Source of the DNA: Eledone cirrhosa
Lineage: Eukaryota
DNA: 64,000 bases
Reading direction: 5' to 3'
Assembly: GCA_964016885.1 (NCBI GenBank)
Contig: OZ024742.1
Location: 70,928,001-70,992,000 of the forward strand
The notes under the pieces were generated by a model that was not told the DNA's origin, made no database searches, and saw only the letters and a list, made by a program, of their open reading frames with translations. Positions 1 to 15,000 of the stretch are shown one piece after another; the first letter of the stretch is position 1, and each line of letters opens with the position of its first letter. A program made the position numbers and the translations under genes.

Positions 1-3000
1 GTGTCATAACCCTACTGTTCACATAACTTTAGATAGTCAGGGATGTGCCATAACCCTACTGTTCACATAACTTAAGATGGTCAGGGATGTGTCATAACCC
101 TACTGTTCACATAACTTAAGATAGTCAGGGATGTGCCATAACCCTACTGTTCACATAACTTAAGATAGCCAGGGATGTACCATAACCCTACTGTTCACAT
201 ATCTTAAGATAGCCAGGGATGTACCACAACCCTACTGTTCACATAACTTAAGATAGTCAGGGATGTGCGATAACCCTACTGTTCACATAACTTAAGATAG
301 AGATGTGTCATAACCCTACTGTTCACATAACTTAAGATAGTTTGGGATGTGCCATAACCCTACTGTTCCCATAACTTAAGATAGTCAGGGATGTACCATA
401 ACCCTACTGTTCACATAACTTAAGATAGACAGGGATGTGTCATAACCCTACTGTTCACATAACTTAAGTTAGCCAGGGATGTGTCATAACGCTACTGTTC
501 ACATATCTTAAGATAGCCAGGGATGTGTCATAACCCTACTGTTCACATAACTTAAGATAGCCAGGGATATGCAATAACCCTATTGTTCATATAACTTAAG
601 ATAGTCAGGGATGTGCCATAAACCAACTGTTTACATAACTTAAGATAGTCAGAGATGTGCCATAACCCTACTGTTCACATAACTTAAGATATCAGGGATG
701 TGCCATAACCCTACTGTTCACATAACTTAAGATATCCAGGGATGTGTCATAACCCTACTGTTCACATAACTTAAGATAGTCAGGGATGTGCCATAATGCT
801 ACTGTTCACATAACTTAAGATAGTTAGAGATGTGTCATAACCCTACTGTTCACATAACTTAAGATAGCCAGGGATGTGTCATAACCCTACTGTTCACATA
901 ACTTAAGATAGCCAGGGATGTTCCATAACCCTATTGTTCATATAACTTAAGATAGCCAGGGATGTGTCATAACCCTACTGTTCACATAACTTGAGATAGT
1001 TTGGGATGTGCCATAACCCTACTGTTCACATAACTTAAGATAGTCAGGGATGTATCATAACCCTACTGTTCACATAATTTAAGATAGACAGGGATGTGTC
1101 ATAACCCTACTGTTCACATAACTTAAGATAGCCAGGGATGTTCCATAACCCTACTGTTCACATAACTTAAGATAGTCAGAGATGTGTCATACCCCTACTC
1201 TTCACATAACTTGCGATGGTTCATAACCCTACTGTTCACGTCACTAAAGATAGTCAGAGATGTGTCATACCCCTACTTTTCACATAACTTAAGATAGTCA
1301 GCGATGTGTCATAACACTACTGTTCATATAACTTAAGATTGTCAGGGATGTGTCATAACCCCACTGTTCACATAACTTAAGATAGTCAGAGATGTGCCAT
1401 AACCCTACTGTTCACATAACTTAAGATATCAGGGATGTGCCATAACCCTACTGTTCACATAACTTAAGATATCCAGGGATGTGTCATAACCATACTTTTC
1501 ACATAACTTAAGATAGTTAGGGATATGCCATAACCCTAATGTTCACATAACTTAAGATAGTCAGGGATGTACCATAACCCTACTGTTCACATAACTTAAG
1601 ATAGTGAGAGATGTGCCATAACCCTACTGTTCACATAACTTAAGATATCAGGGATGTGACATAACCCTACTGTTCACATAACTTAAGATAGTCAGGGATG
1701 TGCCATAACTCTACTGTTTACATAACTTAAGATATCCAGGGATGTGTAATAACCCTACTGTTCACATAACTTAAGATAGCCAGGGATGTGTCATAACTCT
1801 ACTGTTCACATAACTTAAGATAGTCAGGGATGTGCCATAACCCTACTGTTCACATAACTTATGATAGCCAGCGATGTGTTATAACCCTACTGTTCACATA
1901 ACTTAAGATAGTAAGGGATGTGCCATAACGCTACTGTTCACATAACTTAAGATAGTAAGGGATGTGCCATAACCCTACTGTTCACATAACTTAAGATAGC
2001 CAGGGATGTGCCATAACCCTACTGTTCACATAACTTAAGATATCCAGGGATGTGCCATAACCCTACTGTTCAAATAACTTAAGATAGTAAGGGATGTGCC
2101 ATAACCCTACTGTTCACATAACTTAAGATAGCCAGGGATGTGTAATAACCCTACTGTTCACATAACTTAAGATAGCCAGGGATGTGTCATAACTCTACTG
2201 TTCACACAACTTAAGATAGCCAGGGATGTGCCATAACCCTACTGTTCACATAACTTTAGATAGTCAGGGATGTTCGATAACCCTACTGTTCAAATAACTT
2301 AAGATAGTCAGGGATGTGTCATAACCCTACTGTTCACATAACTTTAGATAGTCAGGGATGTGCCATAACCCTACTGTTCACATAACTTAAGATGGTCAGG
2401 GATGTGTCATAACCCTACTGTTCACATAACTTAAGATAGTCAGGGATGTGCCATAACCCTACTGTTCACATAACTTAAGATAGCCAGGGATGTACCATAA
2501 CCCTACTGTTCACATATCTTAAGATAGCCAGGGATGTACCACAACCCTACTGTTCACATAACTTAAGATAGTCAGGGATGTGCGATAACCCTACTGTTCA
2601 CATAACTTAAGATAGAGATGTGTCATAACCCTACTGTTCACATAACTTAAGATAGTTTGGGATGTGCCATAACCCTACTGTTCCCATAACTTAAGATAGT
2701 CAGGGATGTACCATAACCCTACTGTTCACATAACTTAAGATAGACAGGGATGTGTCATAACCCTACTGTTCACATAACTTAAGTTAGCCAGGGATGTGTC
2801 ATAACGCTACTGTTCACATATCTTAAGATAGCCAGGGATGTGTCATAACCCTACTGTTCACATAACTTAAGATAGCCAGGGATATGCAATAACCCTATTG
2901 TTCATATAACTTAAGATAGTCAGGGATGTGCCATAAACCAACTGTTTACATAACTTAAGATAGTCAGGGATGTGTCATAACCCTACTGTTCACATAACTT

Positions 3001-6000
3001 AAGATAGTCAGGGATTTGTCATAACCCTAATGTTCACATAACTTAAGATAGTCAGGGATGTACCATAACCCTACTGTTCACATAACTTAAGATAGTTAGG
3101 GATGTGCCATAACTCTACTGTTTACATAACTTAAGATAGCCAGGGATGTGTCATAACCCTACTGTTCACATAACTTAAGATAGTCAGGGATGTGCCATAA
3201 CCCTACTGTTCACATAACTTATGATAGCCAGCGATGTGTTATAACCCTACTTTTCACATGACTTAAGATAGCCAGGGATGTGCCATAACCCTACTGTTCA
3301 CACAACTTAAGATAGTCAGGGATGTGCCATAACCTTACTGTTCACATAACTTAAGATTGTCAGGGATGTGTCATAACCCTACTGTTCACATAACTTAAGA
3401 TAGTCAGGGATGTGCCATAACCTTACTGTTCACATAACTTAAGATAGTCAGGGATGTGCCATAACCCTACTGTTCACATAACTTAAGATTGCCAGGGATG
3501 TACCATAACCCTACTGTTCACATATCTTAAGATAGCCAGGGATGTACCACAACCCTACTGTTCACATAACTTAAGATAGTCAGGGATGTGCGATAACCCT
3601 ACTGTTCACATAACTTAAGATAGAGATGTGTCATAACCCTACTGTTCACATAACTTAAGATAGTCAGGGATGTGCCATAACCATATTGTTCACGTAACTT
3701 AAGGTAGTCAGAGATATGTCATAACCCTACTGTTCACATAACTTAAGATAGTCAGGGATGTGTCATAACCCTACTGTTCACATAATTTAAGGTAGTCAGA
3801 GATATGTCATAACCCTACTGTTCACATAACTTAAGATAGTCAGGGATGTGCCATAACCCTACTGTTCACATAACTTAAGATAGTCAGGAATGTGCCATAA
3901 CCCTACTGTTCACATAACTTAAGATAGTCAGAGATGTGTCATACCCCTACTTTTCACATAACTTAAGATAGTCAGGGATGTGCCATAACCCTACTGTTCA
4001 CATAACTTAAGATAGTCAGGAATGTGCCATAACCCTACTGTTCACATAACTTAAGATAGTCAGGGATGTGCCATAACCTTACTGTTCACATAACTTAAGA
4101 TAGTCAGCGATGTGTCATAACCCTACTGTTCACATAACTTAAGATAGTCAGCGATGTGCCATAATGCCACTGTTCACATAACTTAAGATAGTTAGAGATG
4201 TGCCATAACCCTACTGTTCACATAACTTAAGATAGCCAGGGATGTGTCATAGCCCTACTGTTCACATAACTTAATATTGTCAGGGATGTGCCATAATGCT
4301 ACTGTTCACATAACTTAAGATAGCCAGGGATGTGTCATAACCCTACTGTTCACATAACTTAAGATAGCCAGGGATGTGTCATAACGCTACTGTTCACATA
4401 TCTTAAGATAGCCAAGGATGTGTCATAACCCTACTGTTCACATAACTTAAGATAGTCAGGGATGTGCCATAACCCAACTGTTTACATAACTTAAGATAGT
4501 CAGGGATGTGTCATAACCCTACTGTTCACATAACTTAAGATAGTCAGGTATTTGTCATAACCCTACTGTTCACATAACTTAAGATTGTCAGGGATGTGTC
4601 ATAACCCTACTGTTCACATAACTTAAGATAGTCAGGGATGTGCCATAACCCTAATGTTCACATAACTTAAGATAGTCAGCGATGTACCATAACCCTACTG
4701 TTCACATAACTTAAGATAGTTAGGGATGTGCCATAACTCTACTGTTTACATAACTTAAGATAGCCAGGGATGTGTCATAACCCTACTGTTCACATAACTT
4801 AAGATAGCCAGGGATGTCCCATAACCCTACTGTTCACATAACTTAAGATAGTCATGGATGTATCATAACCCTACTGTTCACATAACTTAAGATAGCCAGG
4901 GATGTACCACAACCCTACTGTTCACATAACTTAAGATAGTCAGGGATGTGCGATAACCCTACTGTTCACATAACTTAAGATAGTGATGTGTCATAACCCT
5001 ACTGTTCACATAAATTAAGATAGCCAGGGATGTGCCACAACCCTACTGTTCACATAACTTAAGATAGTCAGGGATGTGCCATGACCCTATTGTTCACTTA
5101 ACTTAAGGTAGTCAGAGATATGTCATAACCCTACTGTTCACATAACTTAAGATAGTCAGGGATGTGTCATAACCCTACTGTTCACATAATTTAAGGTAGT
5201 CAGAGATATGTCATAACCCTACTGTTCACATAACTTAAGATAGTCAAGGATGTGCCATAACCCTACTGTTCACATAACTTAAGATAGTCAGGGATGTGTC
5301 ATAACCCTTTTGTTCACATAACTTAAGATAGTCAGGGATGTGTCATAACCGTATTGTTCACATAACTTAAGATAGTCAGGGATGTGCCATAACCCTACTG
5401 TTCACATAACTTAAGATAGTCAAGGATGTGCCATAACCCTATTGTTCACATAACTTAAGATAGTCAGGGAAGTGCGATAACCCTACTGTTCACATAACTT
5501 AAGATAGTCAGAGATGTGTCATACCCCTACTTTTCACATAACTTAAGATAGTCAAGGATGTGCCATAACCCTACTGTTCACATATCTTAAGATAGTCAGG
5601 GATGTGCCATAATGCTACTGTTCACATAACTTAAGATAGTCAGGGATGTGCCATAACCCTACTGTTCACATAACTTAAGATAGTCAGGGATGTGCCATAA
5701 CCCTATTGTTCACATAACTTAAGATAGTCAGGGAAGTGCGATAACCCTACTGTTCACATAACTTAAGATAGCCAGGGATGTTCCATAACCCTACTGTTCA
5801 CATAACTTAAGATAGTCAGAGATGTGTCATACTCCTACTTTTCACATAACTTAAGATTATCAGCGATGTGTCATAACCCTACTGTTCACATAACTTAAGA
5901 TTATCAGCGATGTGTCATAACCCTACTGTTCACATAACTTAAGATAGTCAGGGATGTGCCATAACCCTACTGTTCACACAACTTAAGATAGCCAGGGATG

Positions 6001-9000
6001 TGTCATACCCCTACTTTTCACATAACTTAAGATAGTCAGCGATGTGTCATAACCCTACTGTTCACATAACTTAAGATAGTCAGGGATGTGTCATAACTCT
6101 ACTGTTCACATAACTTAAGATAGTCAAGGATGTGCCATAACCCTACTGTTCACATAACTTAAGATAGTCAGGGATGTGTCATAACCCTACTGTTCACATA
6201 ACTTAATATTGTCAGGGATGTGCCATAATGCTACTGTTCACATAACTTAAGATAGTTAGAGATGTGTCATAACCCTACTGTTCACATAACTTAAGATAGC
6301 CAGGGATGTGTCATAACCCTTTTGTTCACATAACTTAAGATAGCCAGGGATGTTCCATAACCCTATTGTTCACATAACTTAAGATAGCCAGCGATGTGTC
6401 ATAACCCTACTGTTCACATAACTTAAGATAGTTTGGGATGTGCCATAACCCTACTGTTCCCATAACTTAAGATAGTCAGGGATGTACCATAACCCTACTG
6501 TTCACATAACTTAAGATAGACAGGGATGTGTCATAACCCTACTGTTCACATAACTTAAGATAGCCAGGGATGTGTCATAACCCTACTGTTCACATAACTT
6601 AAGATAGCCAGGGATGTGTCATAACGCTACTGTTCACATATCTTAAGATAGCCAGGGATGTGTCATAACCCTACTGTTCACATAACTTAAGATAGCCAGG
6701 GATATGCAATAACCCTATTGTTCACATAACTTAAGATAGTCAGGGATGTGCCATAACCCAACTGTTTACATAACTTAAGATAGTCAGGGATGTGTCATAA
6801 CCCTACTGTTCACATAACTTAAGATAGTCAGGGATTTGTCATAACCCTACTGTTCACATAACTTAAGATTGTCAGGGATGTGTCATAACCCTACTGTTCA
6901 CATAACTTAAGATAGTCAGGGATGTGCCATAACCCTAATGTTCACATAACTTAAGATAGTCAGGGATGTACCATAACCCTACTGTTCACATAACTTAAGA
7001 TAGTTAGGGATGTGCCATAACTCTACTGTTTACATAACTTAAGATAGCCAGCGATGTGCCATAACCCTACTGTTCACACAACTTAAGATAGTCAGGGATG
7101 TGCCATAACCTTACTGTTCACATAACTTAAGATTGTCAGGGATGTGTCATAACCCTACTGTTCGCATAACTTAAGATAGTCAGGGATGTGCCATAACCTT
7201 ACTGTTCACATAACTTTAGATAGTCAGGGATGTGCCATAACCCTACTGTTCACATAACTTAAGATAGTCATGGATGTATCATAACCCTACTGTTCACATA
7301 ACTTAAGATGGTCAGGGATGTGTGATAACCCTACTGTTCACATAACTTAAGATAGCCAGGGATGTACCACAACCCTACTGTTCACATAACTTAAGATAGT
7401 CAGGGATGTGCGATAACCCTACTGTTCACATAACTTAAGATAGAGATGTGTCGTAACCCTACTGTTCACATAACTTAAGATAGCCAGGGATGTGCCACAA
7501 CCCTACTGTTCACATAACTTAAGATAGTCAGCGATGTGCCATAACCCTATTGTTCACATAACTTAAGGTAGTCAGAGATATGTCATAACCCTACTGTTCA
7601 CATAACTTAAGATAGTCAGGGATGTGTCATAACCCTACTGTTCACATAACTTAAGATAGTCAGGGATGTGCCATAACCCTACTGTTCACATAACTTAAGA
7701 TAGTCAGGGATGTGTCATAACCCTTTTGTTCACATAACTTAAGATAGTCAGGGATGTGTCATAACCCTACTGTTCACATAACTTAAGATAGTCAGGGATG
7801 TGCCATAATGCTACTGTTCACATAACTTAAGATAGTCAGGGATGTGCCATAACCCTACTGTTCACATAACTTAAGATAGTCAGGGATGTGTCATAACCCT
7901 TTTGTTCACATAACTTAAGATAGTCAGGGATGTGTCATAACCGTATTGTTCACATAACTTAAGATAGTCAGGGATGTGCCATAACCCTACTGTTCACATA
8001 ACTTAAGATAGTCAAGGATGTGCCATAACCCTATTGTTCACATAACTTAAGATAGTCAGGGAAGTGCGATAACCCTACTGTTCACATAACTTAAGATAGA
8101 GATGTGCCATAACCCTACTGTTCACATAACTTAAGATAGCCAGGGATGTTCCATAACCCTACTGTTCACATAACTTAAGATAGTCAGAGATGTGTCATAC
8201 TCCTACTTTTCACATAACTTAAGATTATCAGGGATGTGTCATACCCCTACTTTTCACATAACTTAAGATAGTCAGCGATGTGTCATAACCCTACTGTTCA
8301 CATAACTTAAGATAGTCAGGGATGTGTCATAACTCTACTGTTCACATAACTTAAGATAGTCAAGGATGTGCCATAACCCTACTGTTCACATAACTTAAGA
8401 TAGTCAGCGATGTGTCATAACCCTACTGTTCACATAACTTAAGATAGCCAGGGATGTGTCATAACCCTACTGTTCACATAACTTAAGATAGCCAGGGATG
8501 TTCCATAACCCTATTGTTCACATAACTTAAGATAGCCAGGGATGTGTCATAACCCTACTTTTCACATAACTTAAGATAGCCAGGGATGTGTCATAACGCT
8601 ACTGTTCACATATCTTAAGATAGCCAAGGATGTGTCATAACCCTACTGTTCACATAACTTAAGATAGTCAGGGATGTGCCATAACCCAACTGTTTACATA
8701 ACTTAAGATAGTCAGGGATGTGTCATAACCCTACTGTTCACATAACTTAAGATAGTCAGGGATTTGTCATAACCCTACTGTTCACATAACTTAAGATAGC
8801 CGGGGATGTGTCATAACCCTACTGTTCACATAACTTATGATAGCCAGCGATGTGTTATAACCCTACTGTTCACATAACTTAAGATAGCCAGGGATGTCCC
8901 ATAACCCTACTGTTCACATAACTTAAGATAGTCATGGATGTATCATAACTCTACTGTTCACATAACTTAAGATAGCCAGCGATGTGCCATAACCCTACTG

Positions 9001-12000
9001 TTCACACAACTTAAGATAGTCAGGGATGTGCCATAACCTTACTGTTCACATAACTTAAGATTGTCAGGGATGTGTCATAACCCTACTGTTCGCATAACTT
9101 AAGATAGTCAGGGATGTGCCATAACCTTACTGTTCACATAACTTTAGATAGTCAGGGATGTGCCATAACCCTACTGTTCACATAACTTAAGATAGTCATG
9201 GATGTATCATAACCCTACTGTTCACATAACTTAAGATGGTCAGGGATGTGTGATAACCCTACTGTTCACATAACTTAAGATAGCCAGGGATGTACCACAA
9301 CCCTACTGTTCACATAACTTAAGATAGTCAGGGATGTGCGATAACCCTACTGTTCACATAACTTAAGATAGAGATGTGTCGTAACCCTACTGTTCACATA
9401 ACTTAAGATAGCCAGGGATGTGCCACAACCCTACTGTTCACATAACTTAAGATAGTCAGCGATGTGCCATAACCCTATTGTTCACATAACTTAAGGTAGT
9501 CAGAGATATGTCATAACCCTACTGTTCACATAACTTAAGATAGTCAGGGATGTGTCATAACCCTACTGTTCACATAACTTAAGATAGTCAGGGATGTGCC
9601 ATAACCCTACTGTTCACATAACTTAAGATAGTCAGGGATGTGCCATAACCCTACTGTTCACATAACTTAAGATAGTCAGGGATGTGTCATAACCCTTTTG
9701 TTCACATAACTTAAGATAGTCAGGGATGTGTCATAACCCTACTGTTCACATAACTTAAGATAGTCAGGGATGTGCCATAATGCTACTGTTCACATAACTT
9801 AAGATAGTCAGGGATGTGCCATAACCCTACTGTTCACATAACTTAAGATAGTCAGGGATGTGTCATAACCCTTTTGTTCACATAACTTAAGATAGTCAGG
9901 GATGTGTCATAACCGTATTGTTCACATAACTTAAGATAGTCAGGGATGTGCCATAACCCTACTGTTCACATAACTTAAGATAGTCAAGGATGTGCCATAA
10001 CCCTATTGTTCACATAACTTAAGATAGTCAGGGAAGTGCGATAACCCTACTGTTCACATAACTTAAGATAGAGATGTGCCATAACCCTACTGTTCACATA
10101 ACTTAAGATAGCCAGGGATGTTCCATAACCCTACTGTTCACATAACTTAAGATAGTCAGAGATGTGTCATACTCCTACTTTTCACATAACTTAAGATTAT
10201 CAGCGATGTGTCATAACCCTACTGTTCACATAACTTAAGATAGTCAGGGATGTGTCATAACCCTACTGTTCACATAACTTAAGATAGACAGGGATGTGCC
10301 ATAACCCTACTGTTCACACAACTTAAGATAGCCAGGGATGTGTCATACCCCTACTTTTCACATAACTTAAGATAGTCAGCGATGTGTCATAACCCTACTG
10401 TTCACATAACTTAAGATAGTCAGGGATGTGTCATAACTCTACTGTTCACATAACTTAAGATAGTCAAGGATGTGCCATAACCCTACTGTTCACATAACTT
10501 AAGATAGTCAGCGATGTGTCATAACCCTACTGTTCACATAACTTAAGATAGCCAGGGATGTGTCATAACCCTACTGTTCACATAACTTAAGATAGCCAGG
10601 GATGTTCCATAACCCTATTGTTCACATAACTTAAGATAGCCAGGGATGTGTCATAACCCTACTGTTCACATAACTTAAGATAGCCAGGGATGTGTCATAA
10701 CGCTACTGTTCACATATCTTAAGATAGCCAAGGATGTGTCATAACCCTACTGTTCACATAACTTAAGATAGTCAGGGATGTGCCATAACCCAACTGTTTA
10801 CATAACTTAAGATAGTCAGGGATGTGTCATAACCCTACTGTTCACATAACTTAAGATAGTCAGGGATTTGTCATAACCCTACTGTTCACATAACTTAAGA
10901 TAGCCGGGGATGTGTCATAACCCTACTGTTCACATAACTTATGATAGCCAGCGATGTGTTATAACCCTACTGTTCACATAACTTAAGATAGCCAGGGATG
11001 TCCCATAACCCTACTGTTCACATAACTTAAGATAGTCATGGATGTATCATAACTCTACTGTTCACATAACTTAAGATAGCCAGGGATGTACCACAACCCT
11101 ACTGTTCACATAACTTAAGATAGTCAGGGATGTGCGATAACCCTACTGTTCACATAACTTAAGGTAGTCAGAGATATGTCATAACCCTACTGTTCACATA
11201 ACTTAAGATAGTCAGGGATGTGTCATAACCCTACTGTTCACATAATTTAAGGTAGTCAGAGATATGTCATAACCCTACTGTTCACATAACTTAAGATAGT
11301 CAAGGATGTGCCATAACCCTACTGTTCACATAACTTAAGATAGTCAGGGATGTGTCATAACCCTTTTGTTCACATAACTTAAGATAGTCAGGGATGTGTC
11401 ATAACCGTATTGTTCACATAACTTAAGATAGTCAGGGATGTGCCATAACCCTACTGTTCACATAACTTAAGATAGTCAAGGATGTGCCATAACCCTATTG
11501 TTCACATAACTTAAGATAGTCAGGGAAGTGCGATAACCCTACTGTTGACATAACTTAAGATAGTCAGAGATGTGTCATACCCCTACTTTTCACATAACTT
11601 AAGATAGTCAAGGATGTGCCATAACCCTACTGTTCACATAACTTAAGATAGTCAGGGATGTGCCATAATGCTACTGTTCACATAACTTAAGATAGTCAGG
11701 GATGTGCCATAACCCTACTGTTCACATAACTTAAGATAGTCAGGGATGTGTCATAACCCTTTTGTTCACATAACTTAAGATAGTCAGGGATGTGTCATAA
11801 CCGTATTGTTCACATAACTTAAGATAGTCAAGGATGTGCCATAACCCTATTGTTCACATAACTTAAGATAGTCAGGGAAGTGCGATAACCCTACTGTTCA
11901 CATAACTTAAGATAGCCAGGGATGTTCCATAACCCTACTGTTCACATAACTTAAGATAGTCAGAGATGTGTCATACTCCTACTTTTCACATAACTTAAGA

Positions 12001-15000
12001 TTATCAGCGATGTGTCATAACCCTACTGTTCACATAACTTAAGATAGTCAGGGATGTGCCATAACCCTACTGTTCACACAACTTAAGATAGCCAGGGATG
12101 TGTCATACCCCTACTTTTCACATAACTTAAGATAGTCAGCGATGTGTCATAACCCTACTGTTCACATAACTTAAGATAGTCAGGGATGTGTCATAACTCT
12201 ACTGTTCACATAACTTAAGATAGTCAAGGATGTGCCATAACCCTACTGTTCACATAACTTAAGATAGTCAGGGATGTGTCATAACCCTACTGTTCACATA
12301 ACTTAATATTGTCAGGGATGTGCCATAATGCTACTGTTCACATAACTTAAGATAGTTAGAGATGTGTCATAACCCTACTGTTCACATAACTTAAGATAGC
12401 CAGGGATGTGTCATAACCCTACTGTTCACATAACTTAAGATAGCCAGGGATGTTCCATAACCCTATTGTTCACATAACTTAAGATAGCCAGCGATGTGTC
12501 ATAACCCTACTGTTCACATAACTTAAGATAGTTTGGGATGTGCCATAACCCTACTGTTCCCATAACTTAAGATAGTCAGGGATGTACCATAACCCTACTG
12601 TTCACATAACTTAAGATAGACAGGGATGTGTCATAACCCTACTGTTCACATAACTTAAGATAGCCAGGGATGTGTCATAACCCTACTGTTCACATAACTT
12701 AAGATAGCCAGGGATGTGTCATAACGCTACTGTTCACATATCTTAAGATAGCCAGGGATGTGTCATAACCGTATTGTTCACATAACTTAAGATAGTCAGG
12801 GATGTGCCATAACCCTACTGTTCACATAACTTAAGATAGTCAAGGATGTGCCATAACCCTATTGTTCACATAACTTAAGATAGTCAGGGAAGTGCGATAA
12901 CCCTACTGTTCACATAACTTAAGATAGTCAGAGATGTGTCATACCCCTACTTTTCACATAACTTAAGATAGTCAAGGATGTGCCATAACCCTACTGTTCA
13001 CATAACTTAAGATAGTCAGGGATGTGCCATAATGCTACTGTTCACATAACTTAAGATAGTCAGGGATGTGCCATAACCCTACTGTTCACATAACTTAAGA
13101 TAGTCAGGGATGTGTCATAACCCTTTTGTTCACATAACTTAAGATAGTCAGGGATGTGTCATAACCGTATTGTTCACATAACTTAAGATAGTCAAGGATG
13201 TGCCATAACCCTATTGTTCACATAACTTAAGATAGTCAGGGAAGTGCGATAACCCTACTGTTCACATAACTTAAGATAGCCAGGGATGTTCCATAACCCT
13301 ACTGTTCACATAACTTAAGATAGTCAGAGATGTGTCATACTCCTACTTTTCACATAACTTAAGATTATCAGCGATGTGTCATAACCCTACTGTTCACATA
13401 ACTTAAGATAGTCAGGGATGTGCCATAACCCTACTGTTCACACAACTTAAGATAGCCAGGGATGTGTCATACCCCTACTTTTCACATAACTTAAGATAGT
13501 CAGCGATGTGTCATAACCCTACTGTTCACATAACTTAAGATAGTCAGGGATGTGTCATAACTCTACTGTTCACATAACTTAAGATAGTCAAGGATGTGCC
13601 ATAACCCTACTGTTCACATAACTTAAGATAGTCAGGGATGTGTCATAACCCTACTGTTCACATAACTTAATATTGTCAGGGATGTGCCATAATGCTACTG
13701 TTCACATAACTTAAGATAGTTAGAGATGTGTCATAACCCTACTGTTCACATAACTTAAGATAGCCAGGGATGTGTCATAACCCTACTGTTCACATAACTT
13801 AAGATAGCCAGGGATGTTCCATAACCCTATTGTTCACATAACTTAAGATAGCCAGCGATGTGTCATAACCCTACTGTTCACATAACTTAAGATAGTTTGG
13901 GATGTGCCATAACCCTACTGTTCCCATAACTTAAGATAGTCAGGGATGTACCATAACCCTACTGTTCACATAACTTAAGATAGACAGGGATGTGTCATAA
14001 CCCTACTGTTCACATAACTTAAGATAGCCAGGGATGTGTCATAACCCTACTGTTCACATAACTTAAGATAGCCAGGGATGTGTCATAACGCTACTGTTCA
14101 CATATCTTAAGATAGCCAGGGATGTGTCATAACCCTACTGTTCACATAACTTAAGATAGCCAGGGATATGCAATAACCCTATTGTTCACATAACTTAAGA
14201 TAGTCAGGGATGTGCCATAACCCAACTGTTTACATAACTTAAGATAGTCAGGGATGTGTCATAACCCTACTGTTCACATAACTTAAGATAGTCAGGGATT
14301 TGTCATAACCCTACTGTTCACATAACTTAAGATTGTCAGGGATGTGTCATAACCCTACTGTTCACATAACTTAAGATAGTCAGGGATGTGCCATAACCCT
14401 ACTGTTCACATAACTTAAGATAGTCAGGGATGTGCCATAACCCTATTGTTCACATAACTTAAGATAGTCAGGGAAGTGCGATAACCCTACTGTTCACATA
14501 ACTTAAGATAGCCAGGGATGTTCCATAACCCTACTGTTCACATAACTTAAGATAGTCAGAGATGTGTCATACTCCTACTTTTCACATAACTTAAGATTAT
14601 CAGCGATGTGTCATAACCCTACTGTTCACATAACTTAAGATTATCAGCGATGTGTCATAACCCTACTGTTCACATAACTTAAGATAGTCAGGGATGTGCC
14701 ATAACCCTACTGTTCACACAACTTAAGATAGCCAGGGATGTGTCATACCCCTACTTTTCACATAACTTAAGATAGTCAGCGATGTGTCATAACCCTACTG
14801 TTCACATAACTTAAGATAGTCAGGGATGTGTCATAACTCTACTGTTCACATAACTTAAGATAGTCAAGGATGTGCCATAACCCTACTGTTCACATAACTT
14901 AAGATAGTCAGGGATGTGTCATAACCCTACTGTTCACATAACTTAATATTGTCAGGGATGTGCCATAATGCTACTGTTCACATAACTTAAGATAGTTAGA

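Noticed and set aside
3695-3715. AAG|GTAG variant units as recursive splice (ratchet) sites
   Set aside because: There is no polypyrimidine tract and the donor GTAGTC is weak. A single A>G change propagated by duplication explains it. Only junction reads could rescue the idea.
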